A DNA stretch of 63,712 nt, counting the filler, from Octopus bimaculoides (taxonomy: Eukaryota): the NCBI RefSeq assembly GCF_001194135.2. It is 7 parts of 7 records of this genome, joined end to end, with 100 filler letters (N's around TTAATTAATTAA, not from the genome) between each part and the next. Parts side by side here need not be neighbours in the genome. Positions count along the whole stretch, not along the records: positions 1 to 13,469 come from NC_068989.1; 6 more parts are not named here. One strand, written 5' to 3'. The translations under genes were made by a program, and so were the position numbers. Shown here one piece after another: positions 1 to 11,089 of this stretch (within the stretch, counting starts at the first letter, position 1; each line of letters starts with the position of its first letter). The notes under the pieces are model-generated. The model was not told where the DNA came from. It did not search any database and worked only from the letters and a program-made list of their open reading frames with translations.

Positions 1-515
1 ACACGCATGTACACACACATATGTCTATATATATGCATGTGTTTGTGTCAACTTGTACATACGAGTATATGTGTATATAAAAAATGAGCTATAAACGTAC
101 AAATGTGCCTGAAACAGAAGAAAGTTCTAGAAAGCCAAATAAAAAGTAAAATAAAAATATCCAAACATTGATAAAAATGAAAATGTTAATCATATTTAAT
201 ATTACTCGACATATCTGACAAAATAACGGAAAAATACAAACCCCCATCTCCACCAAAAGACACCCAAAAAATCAGGAGGAAAAGAAGCAAATATACGAGA
301 AGAAAAAAATGTAGAAGAGGAAAAAAATACGTTCTTAAATGCATTTTCGTCAATTTATACAATTTTTATCGCTTTAAAACTAAAATGTGTTTTTGAATAG
401 TTTAAACGTAATAAAATAAATCAACATTGAATGGTTACGCTAATGATATTCCTACATTTAAATTCACAGCATTTTGCTCTTCTAATGACTTCAGAATAAA
501 GCAGAATTCTATTTA

Positions 516-517
<2 letters not shown>

Positions 518-566
<49 letters not shown>

Positions 567-616
567 GTTATTATTACTGTTATTATTGTTATTATTATTG
601 TTGTTGTTGTTGTTAT
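518..616 (+). repeat. (TAT)n grading into (TGT)n microsatellite
   Basis: Directly visible trinucleotide run. Confidence 0.95.
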
Positions 617-3339
617 TTTGATTCTGTCACTATGTCACGTTGCATTTGAAATAATGCGAAAGTTTTGATGGTTGCAGTAACTTTAATGACGACAACAGCA
701 AGAGATGTCATAGAGAAAAGCTTTGCTAAACCAATCAATTCTCAAGACACATCAACCTAATATGGTCGAGTGAGAATAATCTAAAATAGAAAACTAAAAC
801 ATACACACAAAAAGAAACAAAATGACAACAGCAGCAAAAAAAACATGGTTTGTGGGTATTGCGGGAATGCAGTCGCAATCATTTTAGATTCGGGTGTTTG
901 ATCATAGTTTAGTGTTTTTATATAAGTTAAGTCAACTCTGCTGCAAATACTCTCTGTTTATTGATCTCGACTTTGAATGGTTGTTAGATGTTATATCTAA
1001 TAGAAAACAGGAAGCTTTTAACAAAAACCCACGTCACATTGATATATTTGGATATGAAGTAATTACTAATAAGCTGCAGTTTTTTGACACGTCTAGAAAT
1101 GAGTGAAAAGGGTGATTCTGAAGGATCGTATGTTAATAATCTTAATAGCTATAGAAATAAAAACAATATAAAATCCATCTTTAATCAAAATGAATGTGTT
1201 TCTTACGTAGAGTACAACTGTTTGAATACTTGCAGATTGAGCATGATAGTTTTTCAATCAGTCACATATTTATAGTGGTCTATGACAGAGGATGACGTTC
1301 ATGCTTTTCTGACACGTTTTAGCAAGGTAAATGGATATAAATTGACAACAATCAGAAACTGAAAGGGAGCTGAGTTTACCTCTAGAAAGGGAGGTGAGTT
1401 TACCTCCAGTAAACAGTGAGGTTACCTCTAGTAGAAAGAGTCTATATTGGATATAATTAATATATTTTAAGGAGTGCATGAAGGACAATATTTTATGTAT
1501 AGAAAGAAGAGTACGGTGAAAGGAATTATCTCTTATCTTTTATCAATACTTTTGTTATCGACTATTAAATAGCTTGTCCATTGCTGTACGATCACAACCA
1601 CCATCCATCGATCTCACATAAAAATTTGACAGCAGATTAAAATGTGAAAGAAATAAGTGAGTGTAACATTTATGCTCTTCCAAATACCATCACTTATATG
1701 GTTCGACTGAAACAGAATGAAAACCGAGTCGTGGATATGTCGCTGAGAAGTTACCTTTATTGTACTTAACGTAGTCTGAGTCTGTAATTATATTCATATA
1801 GGGTAGTGCTTCTCATACCTTATTTTAACTATCGTCTCCCTTTCTTTTACTAACAATCTTTCAATACTTAATTCAACAAATTAAATACACAACAAATAAT
1901 AGCTGTTGACAGATTGGTCGCCATTAAAAGACCACTTACACATAAGTCGTTTCGTGAATATAATATGGAATGCCAAATCAATATTTCAACCACTAATATT
2001 ACCAAATAATTGGCGTACATAATAAAAAATTGAAAATAGTTTTGAAAACCAAGGCAATTAAAATATGCATCCATTGCCCCTATTTCTCATTTTGTCCCTA
2101 GTACTCCAGCAAAATATTCCCCCACCTTCCCGGCAATGTTAACGCTTTCTTTGAGAATCACTATGTAGTGTGTCCTAAACATATCTTATGTCCTCAACAA
2201 TCAGCATCTCCAGTCATTCTCTTGATCGAGTAGTTTTTTGTGTGTCTTAGAATGGGTTCTCAAACTGAGAAGCAATGATCTAGCGTGTCGTAAACATATC
2301 TCATCCATATCTTGACTAGCTTCTCCAGTCATTCTTTTCGGCTCGGATACATTTGTTTTTCTCTTAGAGTGCCTTAAACCAGCGTCTCTCAGACTGACAT
2401 ATACCAGACACTTAACCCACTCATAAATTCTAATGAAATTGATTTTGGCCTCTTCATCTCTTTATTTATGAGAACAAATTAGGGTTTGTATCTTTATTGG
2501 TCATCGTTCACCACGGGATTACACAAGTTTAAAAAGTATAAAAACTAAATTTTGCTGGAATGCTTTTGATTACAGGTCTACTGCATGAGAATAGACAGGA
2601 ACAAAAAGACAACAACAGCAACGCCAATTATAACGACAGCAATCACAATTGTTGCCTTCGTCGTATTGGTTTTTCTCCTTTTACGTATGTTATCAGTTCA
2701 TTCTCAGTTTTTTGTTGCAGTATGGCAACGTCTCCACTCGTTTTCAAACCTCGCAAGCTACCTTAGAATAACCTGGCCTTACCCTATGAGAAACATTGCA
2801 TTAAACAATTTAAGGCGAAGGTTCTTAGGGTTAAAAATGGAAAAAATGACTTTTAATTGAATCTGAGAAAAAACCGATTATGATTGTAAACACTGTAACA
2901 TAAATTCCTTATCAAGTAAATGTAAAAAGTAGAGTTGCACCAGAAGCGGAGCATCGTACATTATTTAATCTATCTACGCTTCAAATTCAAATTTTATCAT
3001 GGTAGACTTTGTCTGAGTTCGATAAATTAAATGAGTTTACCGACTTGATTGACTAAATATACCTCCCCATTCCCAACCCCTAAATTGCGTTCTTACTCCA
3101 ATGTAAGAAATAATGGCTTGTGTTTTCATCGCATTGCTTATTCCTTTAGTTTGTTCCCCTCAAAGTTGATCATAAACAATAACACAAATATATAAGTTAA
3201 GAGACTGTTTATCTCAACCGAAACAAGCCCTTGGAAATATTACAACCTAATTTCCTGTTTAAAAGCGTGTTCTACATTCTTTGTTAAATACAAATCCTAA
3301 TCTAATTATCTCTTGAATGGTTTCTAGTGTTGCTTGACA

Positions 3340-4260
3340 CCCTTTTAAAGGTTTAATGTCTGTAGAAGACTGTGGAGTTAGCTAGAGTATGTATAACCTC
3401 CTATGTCGGTAATAATGAGGAAATGTTATTAAGAGCTGCTAATGTAATAGTAGGAAATAAGGAAACCGAAAAGCCAAATGCGATTAAAAACCAGAAAAAA
3501 GAATTAAGATTATCTGACTCACAAGAGAAAACTTTGCATGGTAGATTTCCAAAGATAGTTGCAGAAAATAGTAATAGTGAGACACGGTTGTGGTTGCAGA
3601 AAGGAAGGCTGTTTCAGAACGAAAGTCAGCCATTGAGGACAAACTGGATAAAAGCTAAGATGGACAAAAATCAGGCAGATTTCCAGCGTTCAAAGGAAGA
3701 AAGTGAAACTCATATAGCAAATGTAGTATGCTAGCACAGAAGGATAGACATAACATAGGGAGACTAATCTACTGGGAGTTACGTACAAAGATATGATTTG
3801 ACCATACTGATAAGTGGTATAAACATTAACATAGTAAAGTGCTTTAGAGTAACAAGTATAAAATGTAGGATTTTAACGTTCAGACTGACAGAGTAATAGA
3901 AGCTAGACGGCTTGATTTAGTAGTAGTAGACAAGGAGAATAGAAATGATGAAAAAGTTAATATGAGAGTTACTGAGAAAATGGTAAAGTACCAAGGTTAA
4001 GCTATTGAGTTACAGAGGTTATGGAAAATGCGGGTAAAAATTATCCCTGTAGATATAGGTGCATTATTAACTATTCTTAAAGATAGAGGAAATAAACATA
4101 AAATCTAGTGTGGTGCAGCTCCAGAAAACAGTGTTATTAGGGGCAACTCAGATACTCAGGAAGGCTCATGGCATCTAAGGTTACTTGTAGTTCGATGTAA
4201 GTAATTGTTTTCAACAGTCTAATCTGTTGTGTGTAAATGAAATAATAATAATGATAACAA
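3340..4260 (+). mobile_element. Decayed 3' part of an RLE-type (R4/Dong-like) non-LTR retrotransposon with (AAT)n tail
   Basis: ORF 3372-3734 reads EKTLHGRF...LWLQKGRL...QPLRTNWIKAKMDKNQ...SETHI. Downstream frames give VQTDRVIEARRLDLVVVDKEN (degenerate PD..D endonuclease motif), KYQGLAIELQRLW and QLQKTVLLGATQILRK. These match the C-terminal motifs of R4/Dong ORFs, broken by stops and frameshifts. Confidence 0.85.
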
Positions 4261-4296
4261 TAACAACAACAATGATAATAATAATGATAATAATAA

Positions 4297-4470
4297 TGGA
4301 GAAATAGGCATAAAACCTAGTTTAGTGCAGCTCCAGAAAACAATGTTATTGTGGACAGCTGGTATACTTAGGAAGGTTCTTGGCATCTAAGATAACAGGT
4401 TGTAGCCTGGTGTTAGGAATTGTTTCTAATAGTCAAATCTGTTGTGCGTAAATGAAATAATAACAAGGCA
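4297..4470 (+). mobile_element. Second, short 5'-truncated 3' end of the same R4/Dong-like family, lying in the (AAT)n tail of the first
   Basis: gtgcagctccagaaaaca-tgttatt...aggaagg...tggcatctaag...aatctgttgtg-gtaaatgaaataataa repeats ~4092-4250. Confidence 0.75.
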
Positions 4471-4809
4471 ACTGCTTGTCACTGTTCTTGATTAGTCTTA
4501 TATCAGCTCTGATCGGAGAAAAAAGATCCTACAACTATAACCATTCCATCTGTGGTCATATCGTCATTTTTTACATTTTTATTATATTTCGGACTAAATT
4601 ATTCAGTGTTTATTCTTTTATAAGATGTGATTTGAGAGCTTTTTGGTCGCTATTTCTAGCAGATCGAGTGACTTCGTAGGGGCTCCATTTTTAATACGCT
4701 CGAGTAGAGTCATTGAACAATAAATAACACAACTCATTTGTAGCCTCGTTTTGGTGTCTGAATTTAATTTTGCTCCATTTTAACACTTCTCAATATACAA
4801 TGCCCTCAG

Positions 4810-5005
4810 GTAGGCGGGCTGGCAGAATCGTTAGCACGCCGAGCAAAATGCTTAGCAACATTCTGTCCGTCTTTACGTTCTGAATTCAAATTCTACCGAG
4901 GTCAACTTTTGCTTTCATCCTGTGCTAGCTGAAGAGTGGGGTCGACGTAATCAACTTATCGCCTGTCCAAAATTTGCAGGCCTTGTGTTAAAATTTGAAA
5001 CGAAT
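4810..5005 (+). mobile_element. SINE family B (head ggcgg..gctggcagaatcgttagc)
   Basis: Same sequence recurs at 16878, 23345, 39915 and 46305; shared 3' end ggccttgtg..aaaatttgaaac. Confidence 0.8.
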
Positions 5006-5054
5006 ATACAATGTCTTTATACTCTGACTTAAAAGCTGTCGTTCTACCCAACAC

Positions 5055-5200
5055 GTGATCTAGGGATTAAGCAAATGAACTTTTTATCATAAAGTCGTAG
5101 ATTCAGTTCCCAGCCCGTGAGGCACGTTGTGGTCTTGCCAAAGGACTTTGCTGCAGTTCACTCAGCAGGCAAATATGGGTCTTAAGACTTGAAAGACAGA
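5055..5200 (+). mobile_element. Degenerate tRNA-derived SINE (related to 30901-31145)
   Basis: B-box-like gattcagttccc followed by gtcttgccaaaggactt...cactcagcaggcaaatatg, resembling the 30.9-kb copy. Confidence 0.4.
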
Positions 5201-5324
5201 AGACCCAGACAGCATTATTATGTTAGTGCAGCAACATTAACTCAGTGGTATGGCTAAAAAACATTCATGCATGAAGAAAGATCCATTCAGCTACGGCTAC
5301 TCCAGCAATTCAATTTTACTATTT

Positions 5325-5710
5325 TTCTTATTTCAGTCATTAGACTGCGGCCATGCTGGGGCACTACCTTAAAATTTTTTTTTAGCCGAATGGATCGATT
5401 TCAGTACTTATTTTCTTTTAAAATCTGGTATTTATCGGTCTCTTTTTCCGAACCGCTAAGTTACGGGGATGTGAACAAACCAACACCGGTTGTCAAGAGG
5501 TGGTGCTATGAGACAAACACAGACATAAAGACACACACACATGCGCGCACACACACACATACACACACATACACATACATATATATATATATATATATTT
5601 GGTCGGTCCAAGGCTATAGTAGAAGACATTTGTCAAAGGTCCAACGCAGTGGGATTGAATCCAGGCCCATGTGGTTGGGAAGCAAACTTCTTACCATACG
5701 GCTCCGCCTG
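5325..5710 (-). mobile_element. SINE family A (tRNA-like head, internal CA/TA microsatellite)
   Basis: Reverse complement of the 14376, 22424 and 59478 copies; tail ttcagtcattagactgcggccatgctgg, head ..tgtggttgggaagcaaacttcttacc. Confidence 0.85.
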
Positions 5711-6719
5711 TGTACTAATTTTTATTTTCTCCCCATCTTATTTATCTCATCACAGTCAAACGAAGGATTAGAGGTACTGTTTGTAATGCAGAAGTAAGTT
5801 GAACTTTTAATTTTGGGTGACAAGACAATAAAAATAAATTCTCTATTGGATCAAGCATTTTCAGTTTAGCTCAGAACATCTGAAATATTCGTAACTGAGA
5901 AGATCAAATTCGGTCGAAGTCCTATGTATTTAGAACTGAAGTTTCTTCGAGATGCTTTCCCGACACAAAATATTATTGCGAGTGCCGTTCCATGTTTGCG
6001 TATACATTGTGTGTGCTGTACATACCAGCATTTTAATTTAAGTCTATTTTAAGTCCATACATAAATCTAATAATACAGAGATAACAAAACTTGTTTCTAA
6101 ATTTCTTTTTTCAATTTCTGCCTCTTTCTGCCTCTTTCTGCTGGTTTCCGTCTATTTCATGTTCTTCATCTTTCTCATAGCAATAACAGAATAGCTGTTT
6201 CCTAATTCATGATTACACCTGATGCTAAATTCTCACAGGAACTTGATGTTCTTATTTTCGATTTAACGCTACTTGTTTGTATTCAGACAATTCCTTTTTC
6301 TCTAAATGATAGAACTCTGACATTGACTTAATATTGTTTGAGTTAGTTTATAAGAATTTCATATTTCTAACACTCAATAGCTTTATCTATTTCTTTTCTT
6401 ACCGAGGAAGTGTTTTACTTAAAATGTTAGACATCCTTTCTTCTTCATGGCAGGAAACTTATTTCACTGTTTAAACTAATTGTATTTACTTTTTGCTGAC
6501 AGAAAACATCACTAGCTTCCTCTGATTCTACTGTTTAATATTACTTGCTTGTAGTTGCTGGCAGTGGGGCAGAAAATATAAGGTTGACAATAGAATTCGG
6601 TTTGTTTGGAGAAACCTCAGCATAAAGAAAAGTGTGAGCTGAAACAGATTTCATAAAATTACCTATTTTCAGTAATTGGCTATATTGATAAATCTAGTAC
6701 ATCATGTGTTCCTGCCCGT

Positions 6720-6729
6720 CTGTGTGTGA

Positions 6730-6781
<52 letters not shown>

Positions 6782-7200
6782 CCCCTCTCTCTCCATATAT
6801 ATGTATTATTTGTACTACTTATTATTTATATTAATTTTTTACCTCCTATTCCCATACCACACACCTCCAACCTTCTACCTCTCACGCATGCACGCACACA
6901 CAAAGATATGCACACATGCAGATCCACAAACACACACACTCAAACAGATCCATACATGTGCACACACACATATACACATTCCCAATCCGTCCACACACAC
7001 ATTCCAACACACGCACACACACGCACCCAATTTCTGGCACACACACACACACACACACACGGTATCACACATTCACACACGCATGCACACACTAATTACT
7101 GCTGCATACACACCATTTACTGCCACGCACACATGCTACCGTGCACACACACATACCACCGCACACCCACCCATACATGCACACAGATACTAACCATTCT
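6720..7200 (+). repeat. (CTGT)n followed by a long degenerate CA-rich tract
   Basis: Directly visible; explains ORFs 6704-7267 and 6726-7193. Confidence 0.9.
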
Positions 7201-7400
7201 TTACACTCTCCTGTGCCAGAAAGTACTTTCTCTTTGTCCACCTACTTCCGGTCAGTCCAAAATGTAACTACACATGGACACTTGGGCGATGTTTTTCTCC
7301 TTCCGTCTTTTCTCTTGGACTCTCCTATGTCTCCTGTTTCCGAAGAAGAGCTTCGCTCGAAACGTAAAACAACCACGCTTTCTTTTATTTCTTTTATTTC
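7200..7400 (+). mobile_element. Penelope-like terminal repeat remnant with hammerhead-like motif
   Basis: 7340-7365 CCGAAGA-A-GAGC-TTC-GCTC-GAAA-CGT resembles the CTGANGA-stemII-GAAAC motif typical of PLE termini. Confidence 0.45.
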
Positions 7401-7447
7401 CTCACGGCGTTGTTTTTTCTTGTCTTTTTTTCTCCGTTTTTTATTTA

Positions 7448-7478
<31 letters not shown>

Positions 7479-7615
7479 CATACGAACAAAATGAGGTAAG
7501 AGATACATTTCACAGTGGCCAGTGACATGTATTTGAATAATATAGACCAATACAGGTATATTAAATACCATACAACAAATATACGTGCAAACATATACAT
7601 ACACACATACATACA

Positions 7616-7667
<52 letters not shown>

Positions 7668-7814
7668 NNNNNNNNNNNNNNNNNNNNNNNNNNNNNNNNN
7701 NNNNNNNNNNNNNNNNNNNNNNNNNNNNNNNNNNNNNNNNNNNNNNNNNNNNNNNNNNNNNNNNNNNNNNNNNNNNNNNNNNNNNNNNNNNNNNNNNNNN
7801 NNNNNNNNNNNNNN

Positions 7815-7847
<33 letters not shown>

Positions 7848-8194
7848 AACAATCACGAGAAAGGCGTTCAACAGAAGCTCAGAGAGATTCGTTAAAGAAG
7901 TAAGTTTTGTGATCTGGTTATTTATTTCTGCTGAACAGGAGTTTTGTTTTTTAAAACTTATCCCACGTTCTAACTAACCCCACTTTTCTCTGTCTTTCTC
8001 AACATAGTTTCATCTTCACACAACTTTCTTCTGTATCTGTAGACACACGCCCACAACTTGTCACACCAATATAAATCCTGCCACATCGTACAGATGTATA
8101 TACAAACTTCTGCTCCTTTCACCCCTTAAATTTCTCACGTCATTTGACTTCAGTAATTCTTCTACCAAAGCAACCATTCAGAATTACAGTTAAA

Positions 8195-8410
8195 ACTTTA
8201 CGTGGTTGGTTACTCGACGTGTTAGAAATAACAGCTATATTTCCTTCAGATCACACTACAGCGCCTTTAAAAAAAAGGAAGGATACATTAAATAATGTAA
8301 ATACCTCGCAAAACATAGGATTGTTGCGGTAAGAATGCTTTTGATCACTAATTTGCTTAATGGAGTTGGACTTAAGACAAAACAACAACAACGACAACAA
8401 CAACAACAAT
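8195..8410 (+). mobile_element. SINE-like family D with (CAA)n tail
   Basis: ggttactcgacgtgttagaaataacagc...aaaaaaaggaagg...aaacaacaacaac; homologous pieces at 4640-4700(-), 25480-25570(-) and 52975-53295. Confidence 0.6.
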
Positions 8411-9183
8411 GATAACAATAACTACAGCAAAAGCAATCAGAATGAGAGTAGCCACAGTTTTCATCTTATTCTCTCTCTTCCTTTTGCACATTCTAAAAGC
8501 TAGTTGTTGGTTCATTCCCAATTTTTGTTACTATGTCTCTCATTAATTATTTATATCTAAGCCTTCTAACAGTGATATACTTATATTCAAATTCAACTGT
8601 CGTTTCTTTATTCGGCACTATCTAGTTTTACGCTACGTTGAATATTTTCAAGCAGTCCATAGTTTACCCAAGCTACTAATGTTTGTCATTATTGTATGTT
8701 ATAGCCTTCCTCACATAATCATTTCCAGCAAACATTTTACATTCAGTCAGCAGATGATAATAAATTTCCCTCTCTACCTTATGTAGCTTGCATAATTCTA
8801 ATGTTATTTCCACCCGCTTCGAATTTTTCATCACTCTTCTTTCTATCTCCTTCGTTTCTGCTTGTTAAACGATGAGACAAGATTTCACGGAATCAAAGTT
8901 GTAGTTAACACGCTTCTTCATCTAAAGAAATTCATCCTCTAGTGCTAACATCATCATTGTGATCATCCTCATCGTTATTAGGTTGAAGAATAGCATAAAA
9001 GGGACAATGTATCATTTAGTTACAACGTTTTATGTTCTGAGTTCAAATCTTGCTGAAGTCTAACTTTGCTTGTCATCTTTCTGGCGTGATTGTCGTTATT
9101 AAATGAATCATTATGAACGCATACAATATCAATATGCAATACGATGATGTGCATCTTAATTCTTAACATGATCTAGCAGATTT

Positions 9184-9650
9184 TCACGTGAATATACTAA
9201 CCGATGTTGTATTTTGTCTCCGGGGAACAACTATTCCTTTCAAACGGTGTGTTGACAATACGCATGATACAATGACATAGTGGGATTCTGAGACTGGCTT
9301 TGCCATGGCTCTATCAATTCGGATTGGGGCGACTATCATTTCATAGCAATAGTCATAAAAGTTATCCGTTTTGACCACCCTTTTAGAGACTGGATCACAG
9401 CAATGCACAGTGGTACTTGATCTGCACAGTGGTACTTGGTGGTCTGAAGAAACAGCCAATTGTCGGAGCCGTTTCATATCTTGCATCTGGTCCTTCAAGG
9501 GTGTCCTTTCTCGTATCTTCAGTACGTGTTACTGGTTCTAGAACCATTGCTGTGGAATCTGAAACAGCTGAGGGGCGTGCCTTTTGAGTTGGGATCAACA
9601 TTAGCGGATAACGACACCATTATGATGTCGGATACCACAGAATACGAGGT
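9184..9650 (-). pseudogene. Possible highly decayed LINE APE-endonuclease segment
   Basis: Frame-hopping translation gives IIMVSLSANV (cf. IIMGDLNAHV), NSKGTPLSCF..SNGSRTSNTY (cf. NxNGxxLxxFCxxNxLxITNT) and TLEGPDARYET..TIGCFF (cf. TWxxPDGxxxNQIDY). Similarity judged by eye only. Confidence 0.35.
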
Positions 9651-9944
9651 GATGGCAGAAGTAAACATAAATCCAGAGAAGTCAATGGCTTACAGCTTGG
9701 CGCCTAAATTCACCACTCCACCCCCTCTTAAAACACCTTCCCCCAAACGTTTTGTATATTCGGAATCTACATGATATAACACATATTCGTAGAAAATTTC
9801 ATTAAAAAATATCCATTTTTCTGAAAGTTATGATCATCCAAAGTCGGTGGGGCAGGAATCTGTAGTTATACCCGCACATATTACTGTGGCGGTGCATCTG
9901 AGGGTAGTTATTTTTTGCATATATATATATATATATATATATAC

Positions 9945-10567
9945 ACTCCATATGAGCAATATACTTCAGTTTATTGAGATAGCTAACATTAAGACATAGT
10001 TTTCTTTCATTGTTTTTGCAGATTCTTAATTCCTGCTTTGTGATGATTTCAGATTTGATCTGTCTTCCCTGCAGATCGCTGTCACATGTCCATGCTGTTT
10101 GGTATTCGCTGCGGTATTCTTGGTTTTGTTATGGGTCCGTTTTTACAGCGTTTACTTTTTTAACTGAACACCGCCCATGGACATGTACTGATGTTTCTTT
10201 CTTAGTTATAATTGTTATTGATGCATCAGCAAGAGACCGTGAAGAAACAGCAATGTGCATATATATATATAGAGGTCTTGTATAAATATAGATGCATATG
10301 TATAAAACTTAGAATTTACCTCACATGTTTGCAGTTTTAGTAAAGAAATATTGCAGTGTTTACATTTTTATGTACATATTTCTGTGCATATCTCGTACAT
10401 AATGTACATATTACGTACATATCTCAGCTTCCGGAGACGGCTTACATTAAGACAGTTATCTTTCATTGTTTTTGCGAATTCTTAATTCCTGTTTCGTGAT
10501 TATTTCAGATTTGATCTATCTTCCTGGCAGTTCGCTGCCACACGTCCATGCTGTTTGATATTCGCTG

Positions 10568-10570
<3 letters not shown>
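9945..10570 (-). repeat. Local diverged duplication (~165 bp; 9945-10112 vs ~10405-10570)
   Basis: cattaagaca..tctttcattgtttttgc..attcttaattcctg..ttcagatttgatct..catgctgtttg.tattcgctgc is present twice. Confidence 0.9.
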
Positions 10571-10649
<79 letters not shown>

Positions 10650-11017
10650 GTTCAGTAGTTTTATTTTTATAACGTGCTTTCACTTCACTACCGAGCGCAG
10701 CTCTGTGCGCCTTGGGTATGTGCTGTGGTTTGCTGTGGTTTGCTGTGGTGCTCTTATGTTTACTGTATTGAAAGTGTTTTGCGTAGAATGTGTGCAGTAC
10801 CCAGTAGTGCAATTTTCTGTATGTTATATATATTTGTAAGTCCTGGTGTTTTTGTTATGTATTTGTCTGAATATTTTTTTATTATACCTAAGGCACCTAC
10901 TATGATAGGAATTGTTTCTGTTTTTAGACTCCACATTCGAGTTATCTCTATTTCCAGGTCTTTGTATTTTGAAAGTTTTTCCATTTCTTTTAGAGAAACG
11001 TTGTCATCTGCTGGTAT
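10650..11017 (-). mobile_element. Young 5'-truncated R4/Dong-like RLE LINE 3' end embedded in a (TAA)n microsatellite
   Basis: Uninterrupted IPADDNVSLKEMEKLSKYKDLEIEITRMWSLKTETIPIIVGALG...IQKIALLGTAHILRKTLSIQ*, a ~110-nt 3'UTR, and (TAT)n/(TAA)n runs on both sides (10570-10650, 11017-11090). Confidence 0.9.
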
Positions 11018-11022
11018 TATTA

Positions 11023-11089
<67 letters not shown>

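Noticed and set aside
2585-2860. 91-aa ORF with a hydrophobic stretch after an acceptor-like ttacag
   Set aside because: The T-rich start and hydrophobic segment derive from degenerate ACA/GT-rich low-complexity DNA; no family recognised and no clear donor.
9460-9774. 104-aa plus-strand ORF with an apparent acceptor at 9522
   Set aside because: It is antisense to the probable LINE endonuclease relic, its end overlaps MITE-like sequence, and it has no recognisable domain.
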